Positions 12,145 through 28,411 of a stretch of DNA of 64,000 nt are shown in pieces. Location of the stretch: assembly GCF_009914755.1 (NCBI RefSeq), contig NC_060946.1, one strand, 5' to 3'. Origin of the DNA: the human T2T-CHM13v2.0 reference genome, Homo sapiens. Position numbers and translations under genes: made by a program. Position 1 is the first letter of the stretch; each line of letters starts with the position of its first letter. The notes beneath the pieces are model-generated. The model was not told the origin of the DNA, ran no database searches, and worked only from the letters and a program-made list of their open reading frames with translations.

Positions 12145-15139
12145 ACCTCCAGTGCAGCTGACGTTACAAAGGGACTCTGGGTCGTGGAGCTGCCCGGCGT
12201 CCTGGCTGTGGGATGGGTACAGGCCTGTAGGCATGCAATGCACGGGCCCACAAAGGGCCCATGGCAGTGCCCAGGTGATCAGGACCAGACGAGACTGTGG
12301 GGCCAAAGGGAGGCTGTCACACCTGCGGGGCCCTGGGGAGGGAGCTGTCAAAATTGGGAGGTGGCTTGGATCCGGTTGGGGAGCTGGTTGTCCTGGAAAA
12401 CCGGTGGGTTGGGACATTATTTCCCAGGTTAGGAGGGAGCGGGGAAGGGAACGGGCTTTGCCAAGACATTCTTTTGTCTAATTATTTGGACTGGCACAGC
12501 ATTTGGGCCCGATAGCACTCAGTATATCTGTGCGCAAATACCTGGCTTGACTGCCCTGTGTCCACCTTCCACCCTGGCCCCCAGGGCTCCAGGCTGACAG
12601 TCAGACCTGACCACTTTACCTTCATGCTCAAAAGCCTGTGCTGCCTGCTCCTAATAAACTTGAAACTGGCTTGTCTTCTAAGCTGGGCCTTTGGTGGCCA
12701 TGATAATTTGGCCTCCTGACAGTAGCTGCTCCAGCATCATTTTTTCCTTCCTTTTTAGAGAGCCATGATCTTACTCAGGATGGCCACACACTCATCTAGA
12801 AGAGGCCATCTCCAGGCCTATTCTGCAGTCAGATCAGTCCAGACCACTAGGTTCTGGCCAAGGCGAGGTCAGCAGAAGTATTGCGGTATTCTGGGAGGGC
12901 CCCTTCTTCCAGGATAGCACACGTGATGGTTGGTGCACACGCAGCCATCTTGGACCCTGAGGCAAATTCAGTAAGGATCCAAGCATAGTAAGAGAAGGGG
13001 CCTGAGCCCTGGAGGATTCCATTCCCCTTCTCTCTGCCCTGCCCACCCCCCGATTTGTGCAGGAGAGAGAAGTGATCTTTCACATTGGTTAGGCCATTGT
13101 TCCTTCTTTTTTTTCTTTCCTAACTTTTCATTCTCCTCTTTTACTATTTCTTGCCTGTTACTCCTTGAAAAGGCACTGCACCATCTTGCTTTGGTCCTCC
13201 CCCTGCCTCCTGCCAGGGAGACTTCTCTCTTTTATTTTTTCTCCACCTTACAAGCATCTGCTCAGTCCCCACCCTCAGCTCTCCCATCATCCTCCCGGGT
13301 AGATTCCGCAGTGCGCTCCATCCTGCTTCCCCCAGGCAGCCTTGGTGTGGTCTGTGTGCCCCTGGGGTGGGTGCCTGTCCTCCTCTGCTAAGCTCCCAGG
13401 GAACATGAACTACGTCTCCTGCCTGATTTCGCCATCATTCTTGATCCCTCTAAAACACAGCGTTTGCCAGACTCTCATGCTGTCAAATGCTCTTTTGCCC
13501 TACGCCCTGCTCATCTCATGGGCCTGAAGCTCTACGGAGGGGCAGACGGTTTAACTTGTCATGGAAATCAAGGCTGCGCTGTGAAGGCACACCTGGCTGT
13601 TGCTGAGGATGCAAAAGAGAACCGAACACACCCTGGGCCCCCCTGTGGGGGCCGGGGGAGAAACGTCAGGGCCAAGGGCTGTGCCAGGGGCTGGGACTCT
13701 AGGCTGAGGCACCTGAGGCAGGCCCTGAAGGTCGGCTCCTCCTCGCCTGAGCAGCTGGAGCCACCAAGCGGCACATTTTCCTTCAGGGGAAATTTGCCAA
13801 TGTGTTTTGAATGACCGTCCAAAATGTGCGCCCAGAAGCCAGTTGACATAATGAAAACGCTCTTTTGTTGGAAGTCATTTTTCCATGCAGGTATGCATAT
13901 AAAATCGAATGTGTACTTGAGATGGAAAAACAGATGGTTTAACTGTTTCTAATATTGTAGAGGGGTCACCTATTACCATCATTTCAGCCAAAATTTCCAT
14001 CATAATGGCGTGCCCCCGGAATCAGGGGGCCGTGGCACCTCCACATCGCCCGTGTGTCTGCATGATCTTCCTCCAGCAGCAGCGGGAGCACACACCCTGT
14101 GCCGGGGGCTTCCTGCTGGTGTGGATTAAACGGCTCTCAAGGGTCCATGCACTGGTGTTGTTTTGTCAAGATGTGGCTTTTATTTTTAAAGATGCAGTCT
14201 CACCCTGGGTTCTTAGTGTGAGGGGGCGAGCTGGTGCCCTCCCGGGGCCGAGCCAGTCTGCAGCCCCCAGCTGTCTCTCTAGGGACCTGAGATCCATCTG
14301 GGGGTGTCCTATTCTGAGCAGCGTGCGAGCTTCTCCCTGGCAGCACATCCTCTGGCTCTGCAGCTGGGAGCAGGGCTCCAGGGAAGCACGAGGTGCTCAG
14401 AAGGGAGGGCCAGGTTGAACACTGGAGTCTGAGGAGTGATGGAGGTGGTGAACTGATGCCCGCCCCGCTGTTCATTTTCTTATTTGGCACACATTTACCA
14501 AAACTCTAAGAGGTGGCCATCCCCCTGCCTCCCCATCTGGGCATCCACCCCAACACCCCAGGAAGCAGCTCTGGTCTGGTTCCCCGCTGGGTCTCTACAC
14601 ACCCCCAGCCAGCCTCCCCACTGCGAGTCCTGTCCCTCTTGGGCTCCTGTGAGGCCGAGTCCTCCTGTCCCCCACCCACCACCCTGCTGCCCCTCCCAGC
14701 TTCCTCCCTGGATGCTACTGGGAAGGCCAGAGTTCACCCTCCTCTGCCTCTCTGGCCCTACGTGGCTTCCTCACCCCTGTATGTGCACATGCACCTGCTC
14801 CCTGGGGGCCTCAGGCTCTTCCTGGTCTGAAGAGCCCTGGAGGTCCCCACAGCAGAAACATAACACACAACAAAGGCTCCAAAGCCACAGCTTCAGCCTC
14901 TATAGAGCTCAGGACCTGATAAAGTCCAGGAGGCTAGGCTGGTCCGGCCCCTCCCCTGGCTCCGAGAAGCAGCCGCGGGGCTTCTGTGGTCTCGTCCCTG
15001 GCTTTGCCCAGGTCCACCTTGTTCGTCTCACTGAGGAACATGGCTGTTCTTGTAGGGCACTGGGGAAATTAACATGAGCCTCCAGGCATCTGAGACAGTG
15101 TGTGCCACCACGGCCATGGGGCACAAGTCAGGCCCCTGT

Positions 15140-15320
15140 CCCTCCTGCCTCCCCATGACAGGGACACCTGGAGCTCAGTCCCAGGTGCTCTGAGATCTGG
15201 AACCTGATGCTCCACCCCCATCACTTCTTCCCTCCTGCCTTCCATGGCAGGGATACCCAGAGCTCAGTCCTGGGTGCTCTGAGATCTGGAACCTGATGCT
15301 CCATCCCCATCCCCCCCATC
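15140..15320. repeat. 90-bp tandem duplication (2 copies)
   Basis: cctcctgcct ... gagctcagtcc ... gtgctctgagatctggaacctgatgctcca at 15141 and 15231. Confidence 0.9.
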
Positions 15321-15539
15321 GCTTCCTCCTCCAGCAACGCAGGGTAAACATTCCCTGAGCCCCTTCACTGATGGAGCCCTAGAGACCCTCCCCACAAAGG
15401 GCTCACATCCAGAGCAGGGCAAAAGCCAGGTTCATCCAGCGGGGAGGAAGGGGGAAGGGAAACACCAGGTGGGCAGTAGACAGAGCAGCCTCCAGCCCAG
15501 CGGGTTTAGCATGTGCTTCCTACCCAAATATACACGTGA

Positions 15540-15747
15540 TAATTTACTTATTTCTTGTTTGTCTTGCTTGTCTTCTGCTAGAATATTAGCTCAATGAAGG
15601 TAGGGATTTCCTTCCTTCCTTCCTTCCTTCCTTCCTTCCTTCCTTCCTTCCTTCCTTCCTTCCTTCCTTCCTTCCATTACATTCCAAGCATCTTGTACAG
15701 TGCCTGGCATATGATGTGTTTTCAAGACTTAAGCAAATGAATGAATC
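15540..15747 (+). mobile_element. L2 3' end with embedded (TTCC)n (15608-15675)
   Basis: ctagaatattagctcaatgaagg ... acagtgcctggcata ... aaatgaatgaat terminus; about 16 TTCC units. Confidence 0.7.
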
Positions 15748-16439
15748 GACACACGTGTTGGTCAGTTGCCAAAGGCTTCTTCTTCTCTCTCCGCTGAATC
15801 AGGCATCCCACTATCAGTGCGCAGGACCTGCTTCCAAATGTGTGCCTTTTCCGTGAGATTTCCAGACTCATGCTCAGGAACCTCTGGGTGTCCTGCAAAG
15901 TGAGGCTGCTACAGCAGGGGCTGACGGCCGGGACACCTTCCCTGGGGCGGCTGCTGGCCATCCTGTCTGATGGGCCAGATGTCTCCACCTGCTTGGATTC
16001 AGAAATCCCCCCGACTCCAAAACGAACCTTTAAGTGTGGCGCAACTTTCGGAATGAGCAAGCGTCAAACCCAGCATCTGCCTCTTCTTGGGGACCACGGC
16101 CCGGTGGCTGAGGAGCTGCAAGTGCTGTCCCTGAGACTCTGTCATGCCTGAGGCTGCCCTTGCTCCCACGGACTGCATGGGAATTATCATCGCTGCCACA
16201 TGTCACAGAAATTTTTCTGTGAAATGCAAATCGCATTAATTTCCCCATTCCCTAATCCAGAACATTGAATTTTATGCTAATAATGCCAGCAGAATCTCAT
16301 ATGAAAACCAGAGAGGAATCACTGGGTCCTTCCCTTCCCCAGGGACTGTCTCAGCTTTGGAAATGTCACATGCACAAAGAGAGGGGCTGTTCCCCAAACA
16401 GGCCATTATCACAGCTACATAGTGAAGGGAGTGCTTTTC

Positions 16440-17200
16440 CTTTTAAAATCATTGTATTGAGACATGATATCAATACAATAAATGCAATTCTTTTCAGTAC
16501 AGTGTAATGAGTATTGACTATTTTATACCTATGCAACCATCAACCTCCAATTTGTTCTTTTTCAAAATTATTCTCATTATTCTAGATCCTTTGCGTTGTC
16601 CTATAAATGTTAGAATCACTTACATATTTCTATTTAGAAAAAAAAATCCTGCTGGGATTTGTATTGGGATGGCATTGATTGTATAAGTCTTGTCGGGCAG
16701 AATTGTTGTGCTAAAAATATTGTTTCTTCTACTTCACGAATTTCCTCTATCATTCCATTTATTTAGGGCTTTCGTTTCATATTTTTCTTAGTAGTATTTT
16801 ATGATTCTAAGTATACAGATCTTACACTATTTCAAAAAATTATCCCTAAGTATTTCATGCTTTTTTCATGCTACTGTAAATATTGATAATTAAATTTCCC
16901 ATTGGTTCATTGTTAGTATTTAGAAATACAGTTACCTTTGTGGTCTTGCTGAGATCATTCAGATTCCGTAGGATATTCTGCTCATGTCACCTTCACATAA
17001 AAATGTTATTCCTTCTTCAATCTGCATTTTCAGGTTTGTTTCTGTCAGTGAATAATGAATATTGTCAGATGCCTGTGTCAAATTTATTGACTTTCTTCTA
17101 TATTCTGTTAATATAGGGTGTTACATTGATCAATTTTCTAAATCCACCTGACATTCCTGGGAATGAATATACACACGTGCACACACAGATATACACAGAC

Positions 17201-17236
<36 letters not shown>

Positions 17237-17745
17237 AGGCATGTGTCTATGTCTTTGTATACATATGTATCTAGATTCAATTTGCTAATAATTTATAAAC
17301 ATTGGCATCTATATTCATGATATTTTTAAAAGTTAACGTTGTGTGATTTTCCCCTCATCATAATCGTGGTGATGCTGGACACATAGAATAAGATGGAAGG
17401 TTTTTCTTTTCTGTTTTCTGGAAGAGCTCACTTGGGACTGGTGCTGTTTCTTCCTTAGTGTTTGACAGAATCCATCACTGAATGCATCCAGGTCTGGAGT
17501 TTTCTTTGAGGAGAGACTATAAATTATGCATTTAATGACTATTCAGATTTGGTACTCCTTTCTTCAATATTGATAATTTGTGCCTTTCAAGGATGATTTT
17601 CATTTTGTCTATGTTGTCCAATTTATTGCATAAATTTACTCATGTTTCTTTTCATCCTTTGAATTTATACTGTGCCTGTAATAAGTCCCTTCCTTCATTC
17701 ACGATATTGGTATTTATGTCTTATCTCGTTTCTCTCACTTTCTCC
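16440..17745 (-). mobile_element. Old L1M fragments (antisense)
   Basis: T-rich L1 ORF2/3' antisense motifs (ttctttttcaaaattattct, ctgctgggatttgtattgggatggcattg, tatccctaagtatttcat). Confidence 0.8.
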
Positions 17746-17746
17746 C

Positions 17747-17900
17747 TTTTTTTTTTTTTTTTTTAGAGGCAGGGTCTCACTCTGTCGCCCAGGCTAGAGA
17801 GCAGTGGCGACCATAGCTTACTGTAGCCTTGAACTGCCGGGCTGAAGCCATCTTCTCGCCTCAGCCTCCCGAGTAGCTGGGGCCACAGGCAGGCACCATG
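17747..17900 (-). mobile_element. Alu monomer or right-arm fragment (AluJ/FRAM-like)
   Basis: poly(T) then agaggcagggtctcactctgtcgcccaggct ... cctcagcctcccgagtagctggg. Confidence 0.9.
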
Positions 17901-17904
17901 TCTT

Positions 17905-19600
<1,696 letters not shown>

Positions 19601-21174
19601 CTTTTGGTTCTATTGATCTTTTCCATTGTTTGAGGTTTTTCAATTTTATTGATTTCTATTCTTATCTTTAATATGCCCTACCTTTTAATTTTAAGTTTCA
19701 TTTGCTTGATTTTTCTTTTCTTGTTGTGTAATATTAGATCATTAATTTCAAAACACTTTTCATTTTTCATGTGAACCTATAAAACTACAAATTTCATTCT
19801 ATGCACTGCTTAACTAAAGGCCACTAAATTTTCATTCAGTTTATAATGTTTTATAATTTTTCATGTGATATCCTCTTTGACCCATGGGGTATTTAGAAAA
19901 GTAATTTAAAAATTCAAAATATTTAGGGATTTTCCAGACGGGCTTTACTACTTGGTTTATAATTTAATTCCACTTTAGTCAGAGAACATGCTATCTATGC
20001 TTTTAGTCCTTTTAAATGTACTGGAACTTAATACATATTAATTTCCTGTCTGGTTCAGATTTTACAACAGTGCAATTTTCCAAATCTGCAACCTGTCTTT
20101 AATTTGGGTTAGAGTGTTTTTCACTTTCTCTGTCTCTCCTCTCCTCCCCTTCCTCCTTCCTCTCTCCCTCTCCCTCTCTGGTAGAATATAATGAGTTTTA
20201 ACACACGCACAGAATCCTACAACCACTGTCACAGAAGGTAGAGAGTCCTTATACCCGCCGCAGAGCTCCCCCATGCTGCCCTCTGTATTGAAACCCCACC
20301 ACATCCTAACCTCTAGTAATCGTTGAACTTTTCTCCACCAATATAAGTTTGATTCTCAAGAATGTCAGCTTTCGAGAGGCTTATTTTTCCCTTAGCATAA
20401 TGCCTTAGAGATGCATCCAACTGGTGCACATCAATAGCTTATTTCCCTTTATGACTAAATGAATCCCACCGTATGGATACCTATTATTCTATGCATGCTA
20501 CCGTTGTAGGACAGGTGCGACGTTTCCAGTTAATGAACAGAATAGATAGAGCTGCTACAAACATCCATATGCAGTTTTGGGTGTAAACACAAGTTTTCAT
20601 TTCTTTGGGGTAAACACCTACAAATAAAATTCCTGTCATCTGGTGTGTTTAACTTCATTAAAAACAGCCAATTTTAGAGTGTCTGTATACTTCTTATGTC
20701 TGCTAGCCATGACACAAGAGATGTTCAGCTGCTCACCTTTCTCACTAGTACACACTGTTGCCTGTATATGTATATATTCTCCATTCTAGCAGGTGTGCAG
20801 TGATCTCTCCTTGTGGTTTTGATTCCTATTTCCTTAATGCCTAATGATGTTGAGCACCCTTTCATCCACTTCTTTGGTAATTTATTTGGTGAAGTGTCTG
20901 CTCCAATTATCTTCCCATTTTTAAAATGAGTTTGTTTTTTTTTTACTGATGAATCATGAGAGTTTTACATATGTGCGTATTTCATCAGGTATGTGATTTG
21001 TAAATATTTTCTAGCATTCAATAACATTATCAGGTTCTTTCTCAGTGTAAAGCAAACTTAAAGCCTTAATTTATCTTTGTTTAAACGGAATGTGCTTATG
21101 GTTTTGTCAGTATTCTTTCCCTAATCAAGGGCCATACATATTCTTCCTATATTTCTTCTAAAATACTACAGCCT

Positions 21175-21504
<330 letters not shown>

Positions 21505-21713
21505 TTACATTACAGCTATGAGTCATTTTAAGGTAATTTTTATATAAGCTGTGAGGTTTAGGTTGAGTTGCATTTTTCTTTTAGCATATGGATGTTCAAT
21601 TTAATGAAAATACTATCTTTTTTCCATTGAATTGCCTTTGTAACATGTCAAAAATCATTTGGCCATATTTGTGTGCCTTATTTTGAACTCTTTGTTCTCT
21701 TTTATTGACTTAG

Positions 21714-21977
<264 letters not shown>

Positions 21978-23044
21978 TAGACTTTCCATATACATTTTAT
22001 GATCCCCTTGTCTGTATCTACAGAAATTTTTGCCAGGATTTTGACAGAAATTATCTAATTAAAGCCCTTCTGAGAGATACAAGGAGGTAACATTTTCAAA
22101 CTTTTCCTTGTTTTAAGCTTGTCATTTTCAGTGTAAGTATTTTATCTAGATTTTCCAATTCATTAATACTGAACTGTCTGAGGAAACATCCTTTTGTCTC
22201 ATCTGTGTCTTCTTTGATCACTTTCAGTCTTAAGAATTTCATTGCCATTGTCTCTCTTTCTTTTCTCCCTTAGTCTTGACTAAGTTTACTATTTTGCAAG
22301 CATTTTCAGACAGTCATCTCTTTTTTGTCATTAATTATCCTGAATTTTACTGCTTAGAAGATTTACAAGACCTTGTTTTTTTCTCGTAAATATATTTTGA
22401 ACTCATAAATTCCTCATAGTGCTTTACTATGTCTCACCAATGAATATAATATTTTCATTTTCATTCTACTCTAAGGTATTCATAAGTTTTATGATTTTTC
22501 CCAAGGCATATTGAGTTGTCTGTTATTTAGGTTCCTATGAGATTTTTTTAACAATACTCCTCAGTGAATAGCTCCTAATTTTATTATACATTGGCCTGGA
22601 AGATAATCAGTATGATGTTGATTCTTTGGAATTGGGAGAATACTTCTGTAATTTTGCTCATGGTTAATTTCTGAGCACATGTTGTTCGCAGTATGTTTAC
22701 ACAGAACGTGCATTTTCTGATTGTTGGTGTAAGATAATCTATCTTCTACTGTGAGCTCTTTAATTAGGTTATCTAAATTTGCTGATTTTTTCCTACTTGT
22801 TCTGTCAATTACTTGTAGCGAAGTGTTAAAATCTTCTGCAGTGTTGCTCGCGTATTCCTACTCTGCAGGTGGCTCGCTGGCTGTTGATGTATTTTGAGGC
22901 TGTGTTGTTCTGCTCCTACGTGCTCGTGGTCATTACGTCTCCTCCATCACCTGCTCCCTTGACCAATACATAACTGGCTTCTGTATCCTTCCAGTTTTGC
23001 CCTTGAACTCCAGTGTGTCTCACATAATGGTTCATCTTGGCTCT

Positions 23045-23045
23045 C

Positions 23046-23080
<35 letters not shown>

Positions 23081-23283
23081 TATATACACACACACATATA
23101 CACATACATATACATATATACATACGTATGTGTATATATACATACGTGCATATATGTGTATACATACGTACGTATATGTGTGTATACATACGTACGTATA
23201 TGTGTGTGTATACATACGTACATATATACACATATATACATATATATGCATATATGTGTGTGTGTATATGCACATATATATAT
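23045..23283. repeat. Compound (TA)/(CA)/(TG)/(CG) alternating pyrimidine-purine microsatellite
   Basis: 239 bp in an unbroken YR dinucleotide register. Confidence 0.95.
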
Positions 23284-24041
23284 TTTTGCTGGTGTATCAT
23301 TTTCATCACTCTATTTGTATTTTTTCACATTGAAAACATTTCAGAAAGTGAGAAGTTACAACAGTGCAATGCATAACCCCATGCCCTGTGCCGGATCCGC
23401 CATGGCTGCAATGTCATCCTGCCCGTTTTATCTCTGTTGTAACGGCAGTGGTTGTTGTTGATGCGCCATTGGAAGGTAACTTTCAGAATCGTGACTTCCT
23501 GCCTCAAACGCATCATCCGTATCTTCTAAGAGCATTCACATACCTCGAGTCTCTTACTAAAATCTCTCACTGACACAACCCTACAGTGCCGTGTGGAGTC
23601 CATACCCACATTTCACTCCCTCTTCAAATAATGTCCTTGTTAGCAACTATGATTGTTCTTAGTCAATGGCTCAGGATTCGAGCAGGATCATGCATTGCAT
23701 TTAGTTGTCACGTGTTCATCTCCCTTATTCTGGGATAATTTCTCATCCTTCTTTCACAACATTGATAATCTTGAGGATCACAGCCTGACTGTTCTGTAGA
23801 ATGTGCTTTCACTTGTCTTTCTGGAATGTTTCCTCGTGCTCCTCTTTTTGGCGGGAAAACCCATGAAGTGAAGCAGAGTCCTCCTGATGGACAATTTGAG
23901 GACTGCCCTGCTGTTGGTGCTGTGGCCGCCATGGCGCGGTGAGGGTGCTGACCACGAGGGCTTCTCCACCGTGGATTCTCCACCTTCTCCCTCACAATCA
24001 GTAAATCACCTTTGGGGCCGTCTTTTGGGCTGCATACTCAT

Positions 24042-24299
<258 letters not shown>

Positions 24300-24581
24300 T
24301 GCGCCCTCCTTTTTTAGACCAGAGCTCCGGCCAGGGAATTCGTCCTGAATCCATCATGTCCTGGTGGCTGTGGGTGGTGGCGTTCCTCCGACTCCCAGAC
24401 CACCCCCGCCGGGATCTGCTGGGAAACGCCCAGAACCCCACTCCTGCTCGTCCGCTCATCCTGGGCCTCGCCTCTTTTTAGGGTGAGTGTGGCCTCCTGG
24501 GGCCGCCTGTGGCTCCGTGTGCCCTTCCGACCAGGCTGCGTGTCTCATGTGCCGCTGCCCAGGCCCAGCTCCTCCTCCTGC

Positions 24582-25640
24582 CTCACGCACCACACAACCC
24601 ACATGCAGACACACACACCACACAACCCGGGCACGACCCATAGGCACCACACACATGCACACATATCCACATCACACACCACCACATACACAACACACAA
24701 CCCATGTGCAAGCACAACCACCACACACACCACATATGAAGGACACACACCACACAAGCTACACACCACACACAAATACACACACCACACACGAGGACAC
24801 ACACCACACACTACACACACACACACCACACACCACACATGCAGGACACACACCGCACACACTACACACCACATACAAATACACATACCACATGCACAGG
24901 ACACACACCACACACACACACCACACATGCAGGACACACCACACATCCACACACAACCCACATGCACCACACACCACACACACAGGACACACACCAAACA
25001 CATGCACACATACCCAGATCACACACCACCACGTACACAACACACAACCAATGTGAAAACGTACACACCACACACACAGGACACACACCACACACACTAC
25101 ACACCACACGGAAACACACACCACACACGCAGGATATGCACCACACAACCCACGTGCAGACACACTCCACCCACCACACACGTAGGACACACACCACACA
25201 ACCCATGCACAAACACACACCACATGCACACACGGTAAACCACGCAATACACCACACACACACCACACGTGGACACACAACACACATACACACAACACAT
25301 ACACATGTGCGCATACCCTAAACCACTCTACCACACACACACGACACGCACCACACAACCCATGTACAAACACATATACACCACACACACCACACAAACA
25401 CCACACACACATGCACACACACACCACACACACACAACCTACACATATACACATCACACACAGCAGACACCCCACACATATCACACACGTACACAAACCC
25501 CAAACCACACACCACTGCACAGACACCACACATACCCCATACCCACAAACACAGGATACACAGCACACACATCACACACAGGTACACATCACCACATGCA
25601 GGACACATGACACACATCACACCCTATACTAACACCGTGC
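24582..25640. repeat. Degenerate CA-rich low-complexity array (CACACACCA.../CAGGACACAC motifs)
   Basis: About 1 kb, almost all C and A; yields His/Thr and Cys/Val pseudo-ORFs. Confidence 0.95.
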
Positions 25641-26839
25641 ACTGCAGACCCAGCCTGGGGGAGGCAGGATGGTGGCCCCATCATGTCCCAGGGAAGTCAA
25701 GCCAGCCATGTCCTCAGCCCCTCCTGGGGCTGACCTGGTAGGCCTCAGCTCTGCCCTGCACCCGGGGTCTCCTCCTTAGCGGGAGGCAGCAGGACTGGAA
25801 ATACCCCCACTGTTTATCTTCCCTCACACAGCTGGGAGAGCACACAACATCCGTGACTCTGCCCAGCCTGAACGCCCGGCCCACTCCCAGCCCACCGGGG
25901 GCAGCCCTGCCCCTCATCCATCCATCCCTTCTGAGCAGGCGGGGGTCTGAGGGACATGCCCGAGGAGAAGGGGCCCTGAGCCTGCCGTCCCCACTCCCGT
26001 CCCGGCCAAGGCTGTCCCTGAGGATAGTCAGGCAGGAGGAGATGCTGCCGTGACCCACTGCCCAGCATCAGACCTGGGACACTTAGAGCTGCCTTCCTTG
26101 GCTCAAACGTTTCATTTGGAAAGAACTCGGTCTTTAATTATGTCAGATTAAAGGTGCACGCTTTGGAGATTTATGGAGTCATTAGGGATGCTGTAGAAAC
26201 CATTCTCGGAGCTAAGCCCACACTGGCATTTTCCACATGGAAATTTATATACAAATAGCCGAGGGCTTCGTTAAACAGCTCAGCTTGAAAATTTAACGGG
26301 TGGTCTTCTGTGCTGCTGGCGCTCGGCTGGCGGTGGGAGACAGGAGCCCAACGCTTGCCCGGCTCCAGGCCTCCCAACTTGGCCAGTGTCCACCATGGAG
26401 TCTCTCTCTGTTTGGACCCGTGTTCATCCTTCCATGCCTTCATGGATTCCCAGCATCTTGGAGCCCAGGGATTGGGTGAGACTCACCTGCTTCTTCAGGG
26501 ATGCTTCAAGAGCAAGTCCCAGGGCCTGGGAAGGAGAGGGAGTAGGGGACCCAGGAAGGAGAGGAAGTGGCCATTCTTATCCCATTTCACCCACATCACC
26601 GGGCGACATTAGCTCCCAGGAACGTGAGTACACTGAGCTCCTAGCAGGGTGTCTGTGCTCACAGCTCAGCCCCTGGGCCAGTGCTGGTCTAAGCCCAGCT
26701 CCGTCACTGGGCAGTGGACAAATCATGGACCAGCTTTGCCTCAGTGCCTTGTTTGCACGTGACAACACACTTAGTCAGCTGGCCAGACCGCAATGCAGGT
26801 TCAGTGAGGCAATGGTTGGCATGGGCTTGGGGAGCCCCC

Positions 26840-27324
26840 TGAGGCAGGAGAATAGGGTCTGGAGGCAGGGAACCTAAGGCCGATTCACGCTGACTTCCTA
26901 GAACTGAATCAAAAGAAAACCCCCACCTCTCCATGCCCAAGTAACAAACGGGTCAGAGGCTACCCCTTTACAATGCCCCCCCTTTCCACGGCATGGCAGA
27001 TGAAAAATGGAAAGCACCTCTGACTGGCTGCCTCCCACAACCAATCAGACTAGTTGCAGGCCAAGTTCTCATTTACATAGGGTGTAACCAAGTAACCAAT
27101 GATAAACCTCTAGAGGGTATTTAAACTCTAGAAAATTCTGTAACCAGAGCTCTAGAGCCGCTTACTCAAGCCTGCTCCCACTCTGTGGAGTATGCTTTCA
27201 TTTCAATCAATCTATGCTTTTGTTACTTTGTTCCTTATTGCTTTGCTTGTGCATTTTGTCCAATTCTTTGTTCAAAATGCCAAGAACCTGGATGACTCCT
27301 AGTTGAAACCCTCCACTGGTAACA
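26840..27324 (+). mobile_element. MER51-like ERV1 solo LTR
   Basis: TGAGGCAGGAGAATAGGGTCTGGAGGCAGGGAACCTAAGGCC ... CCAAGAACCTGGA ... GGTAACA; TG...CA termini, CCAAT boxes, TATTTAAA. Confidence 0.8.
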
Positions 27325-28282
27325 CGCTGAGTGATGGGTCCATTGTCCCTGGACGGCACGTGTGTCAGGCAGGGCAAAGTGAGGGCTGCACACAGGCCAG
27401 TGTCTGACCAGGACCCAAGCTGGGCCCCCAGTCTCTGCTTCCGTCACAGGGATGGGAATGCATGCGGGAGGGTGTAGTGGAGGTAGGTGCCCGCGTGGAG
27501 GTTAGAGGACGTGTGTGGGCAACGCCGGGATGGGATTGGGGTGTTCTGAATTCCTGGGGTGGGGGAAGCCAAGGGATAGGAGACCCAGGGCTTTCTGCAA
27601 ATGGCTTTTGAAAATACACGTTTTTAGGAATGCTAAATTCTGAAGGTGTCTAGCCAAAGTAAACAAGCACATAGGAAAATTTTAAAAATGCATAAATAAA
27701 AACTCACTGTCCTTTAGTGACAATTACTTTACTTCCAAGGGCTTTGATATAAAACCAGCACCAGTGAGGGGCCCCGGCGATGGCGCCTGTGGGAAGAATG
27801 GGGTTGAGCCGATCCACCCCGGCCTGGCCTGGCCCAGTCTCCCCACAGGCGAAGCAGTGGTGATGACCCAGCTCCTCCTCCCCTGTGAGTTGGGACCTGG
27901 AGCCAGGGCCCCGGTCCCCTGCGCCAGTGGGTCTGGGCTTTCCTCTGAGGCACCACAGTTCCCTGGAGCCTTGGCCGACAAAGCACCTCCCTCCCAAGGT
28001 GAGAAACTGCAAGACCCCGAGCCACCGAGAGGGAGACCTAACAGGAGCCCCGAGAAGGGTTTGTCCAGCGCGTGCGGGAAACTCGCCTTTGGATGCAGCT
28101 CCCTGCAGACCTGTCCTCACTGGAGTCTGGGGAAACGTGAAAAAAATACCCTCAAATCTCTGCAATCACCTGCCTCTTCCCCGCCCCCCACTAGAGCAAT
28201 CAATACCTCTCCAGGTTTCTGGGGGGAGTGGGCCCTGAGGGGACGGGATTCTCTCCCCAAACGTCTCCCAACAGACAATTCC

Positions 28283-28411
28283 CGGTGCCTGCCTCCCTCC
28301 TCCCGTCCTCCCACACTCTCCAATGCCCCGCGCCTGCCTCCCTCCTCCCCTCGTCCGGCACTCTCCAACGCCCCGTGCCTGCCTCCCTCCTCCCCTCGTC
28401 CCGCCCTCTCC
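28283..28411. repeat. 45-bp C-rich tandem repeat, about 2.8 copies
   Basis: GCCTGCCTCCCTCCTCCC at 28287, 28332 and 28377. Confidence 0.9.

Noticed and set aside
24483-25632. His/Thr-rich and Cys/Val-rich ORFs (metallothionein- or keratin-associated-like)
   Set aside because: Translations of a CA/TG low-complexity tract in all frames on both strands.
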